A stretch of 64,000 nt of DNA, from positions 19,274 through 83,273 of IMG/VR virus record IMGVR_UViG_3300031999_000009; one strand, 5' to 3'. The first letter of the stretch is position 1. The number at the start of each line of letters is the position of its first letter. A program made the translations under genes and the position numbers. The notes under the pieces are model-generated. The model ran no database searches, had not been told where the DNA came from, and saw only the letters and a program-made list of their open reading frames with translations. The stretch is from a virus. Shown one piece after another: positions 30,554-39,211 of the stretch.

Positions 30554-30582
30554 TTGACTTCCGGCAGCGTTGATAGTATCAT
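30554..30582 (+). promoter_or_regulatory. Early promoter P2
   Basis: TTGACT-N17-TATCAT; upstream of the AAA ATPase operon. Confidence 0.85.
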
Positions 30583-30603
30583 TTGGTGGTAGAGGAGACA
30601 CAC

Positions 30604-30819
30604 ATGAAGCGACGTTCGATTGTGGAATTCGAGAAGACCCTGCTCGCATCTATCGTGGAAGAGAAGGCCACTCTCGCGGCGATGAACGACAATGCTGCGG
30701 TGGCGCAGCGAGCGATTTCTGATCAGTCTGTGCGCGTAGCCACTCTCGAAGGCGTGGCGTTGCAGCTGTCGAAGACGGAACCCACGGAAGAGGCCGCCGA
30801 GATCGCGCAGACCGAGTAA
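30604..30819 (+). CDS. Hypothetical coiled-coil protein
   Basis: GAGGAG RBS directly after P2. Confidence 0.5.
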   Translation: MKRRSIVEFEKTLLASIVEEKATLAAMNDNAAVAQRAISDQSVRVATLEGVALQLSKTEPTEEAAEIAQTE

Positions 30820-30874
30820 GGTTCGTTCACCCGGCGGCTGATTGACGGCCGCCAAGACAGAGGAGATGACGACG

Positions 30875-32452
30875 ATGGCGAAGAAGATCCCTCCCGTGCC
30901 TGACGACGTGACCGTCATTGCACCCGTGCCCACCGAGAAGCCGACCGCGGCTGAGAGCGCGCTTCTCCAGGCGTTCAAGGCTGCGCGCCGCGTCTCGACG
31001 CCGATCGTGGCGATCGAGACTCCTGACGCGGCGGCCACAATCGCCATGATTCGGAAGGTGCTGAACGACAAGGCACCGACGCTCTCGTGGGATTGTGCGC
31101 GCGGCCTGAAGGGCCTCAACGATCTCGGCAAGCAGGCGATGGCCAACCTCGGTATCGACCCGCAGCTCACCGTGAACGCCACGGAGACGTTGCTGGCGTG
31201 CGAGAACCTGCCCGAATTGTCGGTGGTGTTCATGCACAACTTCCACCGTCAGGTGAACGAGGCGTCAGTTATCCAGGCGCTCTGGAACCTGCGCGACGTG
31301 TTCAAGGTCAACAAGCGGATGATCGTGCCGTTGGGCTCGAGCTTCCAGATGCCGCCGGAACTGGCCGGCGACGTCATCACCCTCGACGAACCGCTTCCGA
31401 CCCGCGAGGAGCTGTCGGCGACGCTCGACCAGCAGCACAAGAACGCGGAGCTGCCGTTGCCGTCCGAGGAAGTCAGGGAAGCAGCGTTGGACGCCCTTGT
31501 GGGGTTGTCGAGCTTCACGGCGGAGCAGGTGGCGGCGATGTCGCTCACGAAGCAGGGCGTCAACGTCGCAAAGCTGTGGGAGCGCAAGGTCAAGGCCATC
31601 CAGAACACCGACGGCCTGCGCGTGTGGCAGGGACGCCCCGGCGACACGACGATGGACGAGCTGCGCGGCATCGACAACGTGGTCGAGTTCATGCGGAAGT
31701 TGGTGCACGCCGACGCGTTCGGCGCCATCGTCTTCATCGACGAGATGGACAAGGCGTTCGCGGGTGGCATGTCCGAGCACACCGGTGACTCGGGCGTCAG
31801 CAAGGATCAGGTCGGCACGGTGCTGAGCTACATCGAGGACACGGGCTCACTCGGCGTGTTGCTGGCCGGCGTGGCTGGCACGGGCAAGACCCAGCTGGCG
31901 AAGGCCACTGGCGTGGAAGCGGGCAAGCCGGTCATCGTGTTCGACCTCGGCGGGATGAAGGGCGGCACGGTTGGCCAGTCGGAGCGCACGATTCGCGCCG
32001 CGCTCAAGGTGGTGACGGCCACGGCGGAGGGCCGCGTGCTGTTCATCGGAACGGCGAACCGGACCACGCTGTTCACGCCAGAGCTCAACCGACGGTTCCC
32101 CGACCAGTTCTTCTACGACACGCCAGACGACGCCGGTCGCTCGGCAATCTGGCCTGTCTACGCGGCGAAGAACGGACTGACGGCCTCGCAGGCGCACGTG
32201 CCGCAGGGCTTCGACGCTGGGTGGACTGGCGCGGAAATCAAGCGCGCCTGTGAGCGGGCGGCCTTGTTCGGCTGCACGGTGGTCGAGGCGGCGCGGTTCA
32301 TCATCCCGTCCAGCGTGAGCGGCAAGCGCCAGATCGAGGCGCTCCGGCACGAAGCGGCTGGTCGGTTCCTGTCCGCCAGCTACGACGGGTTCTACCAGGT
32401 GCCGCAGGCGCCACAGGTGCCCGTCCAGCAGCGGTCGATTGAGGTGCAGTGA
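30875..32452 (+). CDS. AAA+ ATPase (Ycf46-like) with permuted motif order
   Basis: IVFIDEMDK (Walker B), GVAGTGKT (Walker A), VGQSE, TAN (sensor 1), PELNRRF (Arg finger), WTGAEI; degenerate N-terminal AAA-like domain. Confidence 0.88.
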   Translation: MAKKIPPVPDDVTVIAPVPTEKPTAAESALLQAFKAARRVSTPIVAIETPDAAATIAMIRKVLNDKAPTLSWDCARGLKGLNDLGKQAMANLGIDPQLTVNATETLLACENLPELSVVFMHNFHRQVNEASVIQALWNLRDVFKVNKRMIVPLGSSFQMPPELAGDVITLDEPLPTREELSATLDQQHKNAELPLPSEEVREAALDALVGLSSFTAEQVAAMSLTKQGVNVAKLWERKVKAIQNTDGLRVWQGRPGDTTMDELRGIDNVVEFMRKLVHADAFGAIVFIDEMDKAFAGGMSEHTGDSGVSKDQVGTVLSYIEDTGSLGVLLAGVAGTGKTQLAKATGVEAGKPVIVFDLGGMKGGTVGQSERTIRAALKVVTATAEGRVLFIGTANRTTLFTPELNRRFPDQFFYDTPDDAGRSAIWPVYAAKNGLTASQAHVPQGFDAGWTGAEIKRACERAALFGCTVVEAARFIIPSSVSGKRQIEALRHEAAGRFLSASYDGFYQVPQAPQVPVQQRSIEVQ

Positions 32453-32868
32453 TGGCAGCCGCACAAGCCGGTTGGACCGACTACGCCATCCTGCAGGCGT
32501 CCTCTGGCAACGGGAAGCAGTGGAAGGTGCAGGTCAACGTCGAGGGCTTGTTCCGGTGCAACTGCCCGTCGTTCATCTTCAGCAAGATGTCGCCCAAGAC
32601 GTGCAAGCACTGCAAGCGCTGTGAGGAGCAGCGGCTGACGGAAACGAAGGTCAAGCCGGTGGCTCGTCCGGCAATCGCGCCCTACTGGGACGAGGCGATG
32701 GGCTTCCTCGATAAGATGCTGACGCAGGCCAGCGCGTCCGTGACGGCCGCACAGAAGAAGGTCATGTGCGACGTCCTGGCGACCAAGCTGGCGCTGTTCA
32801 GGCCCATGGCGGCAGCGGTGGAAGTCACCGAGGTCGTGGGCATCCGGCGGATCACGTTCGACGACTGA
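32452..32868 (+). CDS. SWIM zinc-finger protein
   Basis: CNCPSF...CKH; ends RRITFDD. Confidence 0.7.
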   Translation: MAAAQAGWTDYAILQASSGNGKQWKVQVNVEGLFRCNCPSFIFSKMSPKTCKHCKRCEEQRLTETKVKPVARPAIAPYWDEAMGFLDKMLTQASASVTAAQKKVMCDVLATKLALFRPMAAAVEVTEVVGIRRITFDD

Positions 32869-32913
32869 TCGTAAATCACCCGGCATGCGCCGGGTTCACC
32901 AAGGAGCAGGCAG

Positions 32914-33321
32914 ATGGCGAGTCTCAACAAGGTTCAATTGATTGGCAATCTCGGGCGCGACGCAGAGCTGAAGTATCTCGCGTCCGGGGCAGCGGTGGCG
33001 ACCATCAACATGGCGACCACGGAATACTGGAACGACAAGGCTGGCCAGAAGCAGGAGAAGACCGAGTGGCACCGGGTCGTCATTTGGGGCAAGACCGCGG
33101 AGGGCCTGGCCGAGTATCTCGTGAAGGGCAAGCAGATCTACGTCGAGGGCCGGCTGCAGACCCGGCAGTGGGACGACAAGGACGGCAACAAGCGCTACAC
33201 GACCGAGATCCGTGGCGATCGGGTCATCCTGCTCGGTGGTGGCAAGGGCGGCGCGGCGCACCCGGCGGCTTCCGGTGAGGAGCCAACCGGCCAGATGCCG
33301 GACGACGACATCCCGTTCTAG
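32914..33321 (+). CDS. ssb: Single-stranded DNA-binding protein
   Basis: [13 protein letters not shown]...TEWHRVV...[14 protein letters not shown]...DDIPF. Confidence 0.97.
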   Translation: MASLNKVQLIGNLGRDAELKYLASGAAVATINMATTEYWNDKAGQKQEKTEWHRVVIWGKTAEGLAEYLVKGKQIYVEGRLQTRQWDDKDGNKRYTTEIRGDRVILLGGGKGGAAHPAASGEEPTGQMPDDDIPF

Positions 33322-33325
33322 GTCG

Positions 33326-33341
33326 ATACCGCCGGCGGTAT
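33326..33341. repeat. Perfect 16-bp palindrome, copy 2
   Basis: ATACCGCCGGCGGTAT, intergenic after ssb. Confidence 0.9.
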
Positions 33342-33346
33342 GAACA

Positions 33347-33362
33347 CGTTCCACGTGGAACA
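33347..33362. promoter_or_regulatory. parS: parS-like site 2
   Basis: CGTTCCACGTGGAACA with perfect palindromic core GTTCCACGTGGAAC; 5 bp from palindrome copy 2. Confidence 0.7.
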
Positions 33363-33376
33363 CTCTGGGAGACGAC

Positions 33377-33697
33377 ATGCTGCACTACAAGCTCGACACT
33401 GACGGACAGCCTGTCGCCTGCGATCTCTTGGAGTGGGCCACGTGGTTCGAGGGCGCCGGCGCCTCACGTATCGTCGCCCAGGACATGGTCGGTGACGTGC
33501 AGGTGAGCACGGTCTTCCTCGCGCTGGACCACGACTGGTCTGGCGCGGGGCCTCCCGTGCTCTGGGAGACGATGATCTTCGGCGGACGACACTCGGACTA
33601 CCAGCGCCGCTACTCGTCGCGTGAGGCGGCCGTGGCGGGCCATGTTGAGGCGCTGGCGCTGGCGTCTGTGACACGGAACATCGAGTTGGAGGACTGA
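33377..33697 (+). CDS. Conserved phage hypothetical protein
   Basis: VSTVFLALDH...WETMIFGG...RYSS; ends RNIELED. Confidence 0.65.
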   Translation: MLHYKLDTDGQPVACDLLEWATWFEGAGASRIVAQDMVGDVQVSTVFLALDHDWSGAGPPVLWETMIFGGRHSDYQRRYSSREAAVAGHVEALALASVTRNIELED

Positions 33698-33978
33698 TGA
33701 AACGGATCACGGTGACGTGGCAGGAGACGACCACCTACGCGGTGTCGATTGTCGTGCCGGACGACTACCCGGAGACACTCGAAGAGTTCGCCTCGCCTGA
33801 GTGGAGCGCCTACCCACCGAGCGGTGATGGCGAGGAAGACTGGTGGGCCCGCGTCGAGGAGCAGTCACCTGATTGGATCCGGACTGGGTGCATTGAAGTG
33901 ACCGACCGCACGCTCACGGACCTTGAGCTCGACACGGGGCCGGAGTCCGACCACAACCCCGCCGAGCCTCCGCTCTGA
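33697..33978 (+). CDS. Acidic hypothetical protein
   Basis: TGATG-coupled; 93 aa, D/E-rich. Confidence 0.5.
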   Translation: MKRITVTWQETTTYAVSIVVPDDYPETLEEFASPEWSAYPPSGDGEEDWWARVEEQSPDWIRTGCIEVTDRTLTDLELDTGPESDHNPAEPPL

Positions 33979-33992
33979 TTCCGAGGTGACTC

Positions 33993-34163
33993 ATGACTGT
34001 TGTCGACAACGTCGTTGCAGCCTACAGACTCGCGCTGACCGTGGCCTCCTCGCGTGAGGACGTGACGAACATCATCGCCGAATTGACCCAGAGCATCCGC
34101 GCGCTCGACGTCGTGCGCCTCGAAGGGATCGAACAGCGTCGGAAGATGGGCACGCCCGCGTGA
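33993..34163 (+). CDS. Small hypothetical protein (below ORF-track cutoff)
   Basis: GAGG RBS; 56 aa, MTVVDNVVAAYRLAL... Confidence 0.45.
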   Translation: MTVVDNVVAAYRLALTVASSREDVTNIIAELTQSIRALDVVRLEGIEQRRKMGTPA

Positions 34164-34344
34164 AATTATTCGGAGCCGCCTTGGTTGCCGCCCCGTTGCT
34201 TCTTCTCACGGCCTAGTGCGCGAGTCGGGATGGCGCGTGGCGATGGCCACGTGGTTGATCGTGTCCGCCGTGGTCGCGTCGATCTCTGTCGGCGCCTGGC
34301 TCCTCGCGCACTGAAATTAGTTAAAGATTTCGGGCGTGAGGGTG

Positions 34345-34373
34345 TTGACTCCTGCCGCGATTGATAGTATCAT
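34345..34373 (+). promoter_or_regulatory. Early promoter P3
   Basis: TTGACT-N17-TATCAT. Confidence 0.85.
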
Positions 34374-34409
34374 TGTCTTATGTTGATGGAGACGATGATG
34401 GAGACAAAC

Positions 34410-35192
34410 ATGACCACTTGGGAATTCCCGAGCACCACGACAAGCGAGATTCACACCGTCACCCTGGTCGACCCGCGCACGAAGTTTCTGACGTGCACCT
34501 GCACTGGTTTCAAGTATCGCCGCGACTGCTGGCACACCAAGGCGGTCGCCGAAAAGATTTCCCCGGCGGTGGCACCGGCTGACAACAAATTTCTTCGAGC
34601 CGCGCTCGACTATCACAAGATGGGCTACCACGTGATTCCGGTCGAGCCGAACGGCAAGCGGCCACTCGTGCAGTGGAAAGATTTCATGACCGTCAAGCCG
34701 ACGCTGGGCCAGATCAAGACCTGGTGGATGCGCACCCCGAACGCCAACGTGGCGATTGTGCTCGGCCAGAACCGGTTTGCGGTGGACCTGGACGGCGGCG
34801 CCGAAGCCGAAAAATTATTGGCGGACGCGGGCATCGAGCTTCCCGCCGACGCGCCCCGCAGCAAGACAGGCGGCGGCAATCACGTGTTCCTGTCCGCGCC
34901 CACGCCGCAACCTGACCGAATCGGTCTGCTGAAGGCGGCCGAGCCGCTGGCCGGCGCACTGCCCACGCCGAAGGGCAAGCTGCGCCACGCGCAAATCGAC
35001 ATCCGCGGCCTCGGAATAATTATCGCGGCCCCGTCCGTGCACCCGAGCGGTGCCGTCTACACGTGGCTGTCGCCGCTGACGGCCACGCCGCCGATGGCGT
35101 CGGACGCGCTGCTGGAGCTCATCGCCTACGTGCCTCCGCCGCCACCGAAGAAGCCGCGGGCGCCGCGCAAGGCAAAGGTCGTGGTGTCATGA
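34410..35192 (+). CDS. SWIM finger fused to a bifunctional primase/polymerase (Prim-Pol, AEP) domain
   Basis: CTCTGF...CWH, then G..VIPV...KRP...W...PNANVAI...AVDLD...TGGGNH...DIRG...APSVHPSG..YTW. Confidence 0.85.
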   Translation: MTTWEFPSTTTSEIHTVTLVDPRTKFLTCTCTGFKYRRDCWHTKAVAEKISPAVAPADNKFLRAALDYHKMGYHVIPVEPNGKRPLVQWKDFMTVKPTLGQIKTWWMRTPNANVAIVLGQNRFAVDLDGGAEAEKLLADAGIELPADAPRSKTGGGNHVFLSAPTPQPDRIGLLKAAEPLAGALPTPKGKLRHAQIDIRGLGIIIAAPSVHPSGAVYTWLSPLTATPPMASDALLELIAYVPPPPPKKPRAPRKAKVVVS

Positions 35193-35262
35193 AGAAAATA
35201 ATTCTCCTGGCCACCTTCTGCTGGCTCGTGCTGCTGCTCGGTCAATACGCGGGGCAGCACGG

Positions 35263-35490
35263 ATGGTAGTCGCGACCTACCCGTCGTCGACTGAGCCTGG
35301 CGTCACACACACCGTCACGGTGAAGACGCGCCCCGGCACCAGGCAGGTGGCGTTGAAGTGCACGTGTAAAGGGTTCACGCGCGCGGCGCGCTGGCACTCC
35401 TGCTGGCATGTCCGCGAGGTGGCTCAACGAAATAATTATTTGACCGTGGTCGGCGGCGAGCTGTTCGGCTACACACCGGAGGCCAAATGA
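35263..35490 (+). CDS. Stand-alone SWIM zinc-finger protein
   Basis: CTCKGF...CWH. Confidence 0.65.
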   Translation: MVVATYPSSTEPGVTHTVTVKTRPGTRQVALKCTCKGFTRAARWHSCWHVREVAQRNNYLTVVGGELFGYTPEAK

Positions 35491-36635
35491 CCTGGGAGTT
35501 TGCGTCGAAGTCTAGCAGTGCTGTTCACACCGTGACGCTCCACCCCTCTGGCGAACTCGTGTGCACGTGCAGCGGCTGGCGTTTCAAGAAGCCTGGCAAG
35601 CCACGTGAGTGCACGCACATGACGGGGCTCATCAAAAAGAATTCGTGGTCACGGGACGTGAAGGGCGACCTCGTGATCATCAAAGAATCCGTCGAAAATA
35701 GTCCGAATTCGGTCGTGCCTCTCTTGACTCCGCCTGTCGATGATAGTATCATTGTTCTTGTAGGAGGGACACCAACAATGAACACAACGATGACCACCCC
35801 CACTCAGACGGCCCCGGACGCGCAGCTTGCGGTGGGCATGACCACCCCGGTGAGCGGTGCGGCGTTCAACGAAAAATATGGCGACGGCACCTGGTCGATG
35901 GACGAGAAGCTCGACGGCCACCGGTGCTTGGTCGTGAAGCGCGGCGAGGACATCAAGTGCTGGTCACGCGGCGGCGCCGGTCGTGCCAGCCTCGAAAAGA
36001 AAGTGACCCCAGCCATCCTGTCCGCCATCGCGCAGATGCCCGACGGCATCTACGACGGCGAGCTGATGATTCCCGGCGGCAACTCATGGAACGTGGTGGA
36101 CCTGGCCAGGCAGCACGAGCTGGTGGTCATCCTGTTCGACGTGCAGGAGATTCTGGGCCAGAACGTGTGCAAGGAACCACAGTCCATGCGGCGCGACCTG
36201 CTCGCGCAGGCGGTGGCGCACGTGAAGACGGACGCGGTGCGGTTGGTGGCCAGCTTCACGCCGGAGTGGGCGGTCATCGAAAAGATTTGGGCCGAGGGTG
36301 GCGAGGGCGTCATCGTCAAAAAGAATTCTGCCCCCTACCGCCCCGGCTACCGGTCGGATGCGTGGGTCAAGGTGAAGCAGCTGATGTCGGTGGTCGGCGT
36401 CATTACCGGGTTCAAGGCTGGCTCGTTCGGTCCCCACTCAGTAACCTGCGTGACCCTGGACAGCGGCGTCAAAACCCAGGTCAAGACACTGGACACCGTG
36501 ACGCTGGCGGCGATCGAAAAAAATCCCGAATCTTTCCTCGGCCACCGACTGGTGATTCAGTGCCAGCAGGTGGTGGCGTCGAGCGGCTGCCCGCGTCATC
36601 CGATGTGGGACCACATGGCGGGAGACACGGAATGA
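35487..36635 (+). CDS. ATP-dependent DNA ligase with N-terminal SWIM finger (alternative internal start at 35778)
   Basis: CTCSGW...CTH; ligase motifs EKLDG, YDGEL, LFDV, EGVIVK, WVKVK, PRHP. Confidence 0.9.
   Translation: MTWEFASKSSSAVHTVTLHPSGELVCTCSGWRFKKPGKPRECTHMTGLIKKNSWSRDVKGDLVIIKESVENSPNSVVPLLTPPVDDSIIVLVGGTPTMNTTMTTPTQTAPDAQLAVGMTTPVSGAAFNEKYGDGTWSMDEKLDGHRCLVVKRGEDIKCWSRGGAGRASLEKKVTPAILSAIAQMPDGIYDGELMIPGGNSWNVVDLARQHELVVILFDVQEILGQNVCKEPQSMRRDLLAQAVAHVKTDAVRLVASFTPEWAVIEKIWAEGGEGVIVKKNSAPYRPGYRSDAWVKVKQLMSVVGVITGFKAGSFGPHSVTCVTLDSGVKTQVKTLDTVTLAAIEKNPESFLGHRLVIQCQQVVASSGCPRHPMWDHMAGDTE
35724..35752 (+). promoter_or_regulatory. Early promoter P4 (inside the ligase ORF)
   Basis: TTGACT-N17-TATCAT followed by AGGAGG and in-frame ATG at 35778. 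Confidence 0.8.
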
Positions 36636-36949
36636 AAAATAAATTCCGCGCACTGCTCGCCCACTTGCGGCATCGCCTGTTTCACGGTGAGCACCATCAC
36701 CTGCAGGAGCACGGCGACCGCGAAATATTTCTTCGATGCTCACTGTGTGGGCTTCGATCGCCAGGCGTGCTCCTGGGGCCAGGGCCTCGTCCGGCGCTGG
36801 CTGGCGACCCCGTCCGTGCCAAGGCTCTTGTCGCCTCTGTCTCGCGCATCGTGCCACCGCTCGTGGCCGCGCCAGTGACAGCAGACGAGATTCGGTGGTT
36901 GGTCCACGAAGACGAAGACGACTTTCCTTCGATGCGACAGGTTCATTAG
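36632..36949 (+). CDS. Hypothetical protein (His-rich, CxxC)
   Basis: ATGA overlap with the ligase stop. Confidence 0.45.
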   Translation: MKNKFRALLAHLRHRLFHGEHHHLQEHGDREIFLRCSLCGLRSPGVLLGPGPRPALAGDPVRAKALVASVSRIVPPLVAAPVTADEIRWLVHEDEDDFPSMRQVH

Positions 36950-36958
36950 GAGACGACG

Positions 36959-37417
36959 ATGAAGGTATCAGAGGTCGGCTTGCTCGACGAATGCTTCACG
37001 CACATCGCGGAAGACGGAAAGCAGACCAGCTACGCGGTCACCAAGCTGGTTGAGTATCTGGCCGCCCACAATTGGGAGAAGGTGGTGGTGCCCGTCGAGG
37101 AGTTCCACGCGGCCTACTGTGTCAACAACCGCGGTGTCGAGCCTGACCGCATCGCTCGCCTGCTTCAGTGCGTGCCGGCGTTGGTGCGGCCGATCGTGTT
37201 CATCCACATGCCGGACAACTCGCACCTGTTGGTGGATGGCACGCACCGCTACGTGGCGCTCTTCGGGCTGAATCGAACGGAAATCTTCGCGCACATGGTG
37301 CCGTGGGACATCGCTAAGGACTTCATCCTCGAGGACATTCCCAACACGACACCCGAGCGGTTGATGCAGCACTCGCACCTCTCGCAACTTCGCGAGCTTC
37401 TCGGGATCGATCGGTAG
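36959..37417 (+). CDS. ParB/Srx-like N-terminal domain protein
   Basis: PIVF...LLVDGTHRY motif. Confidence 0.6.
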   Translation: MKVSEVGLLDECFTHIAEDGKQTSYAVTKLVEYLAAHNWEKVVVPVEEFHAAYCVNNRGVEPDRIARLLQCVPALVRPIVFIHMPDNSHLLVDGTHRYVALFGLNRTEIFAHMVPWDIAKDFILEDIPNTTPERLMQHSHLSQLRELLGIDR

Positions 37418-37568
37418 ATGCCCACGCTGGTCATCACGATGGCAAATGGGTCCGTCCAGCGGCACAAGGGATGGACGCTGGAAATGGCCGAGCGGCTCAA
37501 GGCATCCTGGGCGCAGATCACCCCTCCACCGGTCTTCACGATCGCGTGGGAGGACATAGGAGACGACG

Positions 37569-37874
37569 ATGGCGGTTACAAAAGCGGCAAAGCTCGACGA
37601 CCTCAATCTCGGTGATTTCGTCTATGACATGCACGACGGTTTGCGCCCGTTGCGCGAGCGCTTCGGCATCATCTCCATGGTGCAGTGGCACCACTCCAGC
37701 GAAAACGTCCAGCCGTTCGTCGGGCCCAAAGGGTGGAAGTTTCCGAACAAGGAGCTGCGCGTGATCGGCTTCACGGATGAAGGCCACGCCGTGTGTGGCT
37801 TCACCTACGACGGTATCCGCAGCGGCATTCTGGTGCTGTCGGACTTGGTCACTGGCCCAGACCCGAGGGATTGA
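37569..37874 (+). CDS. Hypothetical protein
   Basis: AGGAG RBS; 101 aa. Confidence 0.5.
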   Translation: MAVTKAAKLDDLNLGDFVYDMHDGLRPLRERFGIISMVQWHHSSENVQPFVGPKGWKFPNKELRVIGFTDEGHAVCGFTYDGIRSGILVLSDLVTGPDPRD

Positions 37875-37986
37875 GCATGTCAAGGTTCGTGGGAGTTGTG
37901 ATCGGTGCGTGTTTCGTCGTGGGCTGCCTCGCGCTGGCGATCGCCTTCGCCGCGTGGTCCGTCCATCTGGCGTGGAGCCAATTTCA

Positions 37987-38292
37987 ATGACCTTCCAGGT
38001 CTGGCATCGTCGCCTTCCCACGTTCATGGAGAGCCGGCCGGAGGAACTTGTCGCCTTCCCGCAAGGGTGGCAGCACGTTGCTGACGTGGACGTGGACGCA
38101 TTGAACCAGGTCTTCGAGCGGACCAATAGCATCGACGCGCTGTGGACCGACAACCTGGAAGTGACGCTCCGCGTGGCTCCACCGCTTCGGTCGACGTCAG
38201 TCGGGGACGTGATCGTCGCGCCCAATGCGGTCGGCCTGAACGGACAGCCTGCCAGGCTTGAAATCGCGATGCTCGGTTACAAGGAGTTCTGA
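37987..38292 (+). CDS. YodL-like hypothetical protein
   Basis: VFERTN...RSTSVGDVIV motif. Confidence 0.5.
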   Translation: MTFQVWHRRLPTFMESRPEELVAFPQGWQHVADVDVDALNQVFERTNSIDALWTDNLEVTLRVAPPLRSTSVGDVIVAPNAVGLNGQPARLEIAMLGYKEF

Positions 38293-38293
38293 G

Positions 38294-39211
38294 ATGGTCA
38301 AGAACAGGAAGCGGGCCTACGCCGGCGTGCTGGACATTCCCGAGGGCGAGCAGAACGGCATCCGGATTCGCCACAAGCATCAACCGCCTGGCACTACGCT
38401 CCAGTCAGGCAACTTCCGCACGGCGTTGTTCGGCCAGAAATCGGAGAGCGTCACGTTCAAGGCCGCGACTATCTGGCACGAGCTGTCCGAGAAGGGCCAG
38501 GGCGTGTGGATGACGGACCTCCCGATCGAGCAGCGCCAGATGGACGAGCTCATCACCAAGGCCCGCGGACGGGTGCTGGTGGGCGGGCTTGGGCTGGGTT
38601 ACGCGGTGGTGGCGTTGTCGGCGATGCGCTCTGTTGAGGAAATCGTCGTGGTCGAGCGCAACCCTGACATCGTGGCGCTCGTGTGGGCGGCGACGGTCGC
38701 CAAGTGCCGCAAGGGCGTCCCCGTTTCCGTGGTGACCGAAGACTTGTTCGACTACTTGCTGTGGGCGACAGCCAAGCAGGAGAGGTTCGATTGGGGCCTC
38801 TTCGACATCTGGCAGGGCGACGGTGAAACGACCTTTCACCAGACCGTCGTGCCGCTGCGCGCCGCCGCCGCGCGTGTCGTTCGCGAGCTGGAGTGCTGGA
38901 ACGAAGACGTCATGCGCGGCCAGCTGATGATGGGCCTCCGGACGCGCCTGATGTTCCTGGGCGCAGCGGAAACGGCGAGTGTCGTGGGGTCTGATCTGAC
39001 GAAGGGCATGCCGACCCTCGAGTTCCTGTGCGAGCCGCACCAATCCATCTACACCGACTGGTCGGTGGCGTTCTGGCGCTGGTATCGCGAAAACGCTGGT
39101 GCCGCCAACATCGACGTGATGCTGGCACTTTACGCGTCCAGCTACGGTCGCCCAGAACGGGCAGCAACGCTAGCGCGATTCGAGGCACGCCATGAGCTTC
39201 AAGCTCGGTGA
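38294..39211 (+). CDS. Class I SAM-dependent methyltransferase (spermidine-synthase-like)
   Basis: WMTD.P.E...GRVLVGGLGLGY...VVERNPDIV...FD...DIW. Confidence 0.75.
   Translation: MVKNRKRAYAGVLDIPEGEQNGIRIRHKHQPPGTTLQSGNFRTALFGQKSESVTFKAATIWHELSEKGQGVWMTDLPIEQRQMDELITKARGRVLVGGLGLGYAVVALSAMRSVEEIVVVERNPDIVALVWAATVAKCRKGVPVSVVTEDLFDYLLWATAKQERFDWGLFDIWQGDGETTFHQTVVPLRAAAARVVRELECWNEDVMRGQLMMGLRTRLMFLGAAETASVVGSDLTKGMPTLEFLCEPHQSIYTDWSVAFWRWYRENAGAANIDVMLALYASSYGRPERAATLARFEARHELQAR

Noticed and set aside
35924-36631. Long alternative-frame ORF overlapping the ligase
   Set aside because: Arg/Gly-rich frame artefact; only the portion from ATG 36632 is credible.
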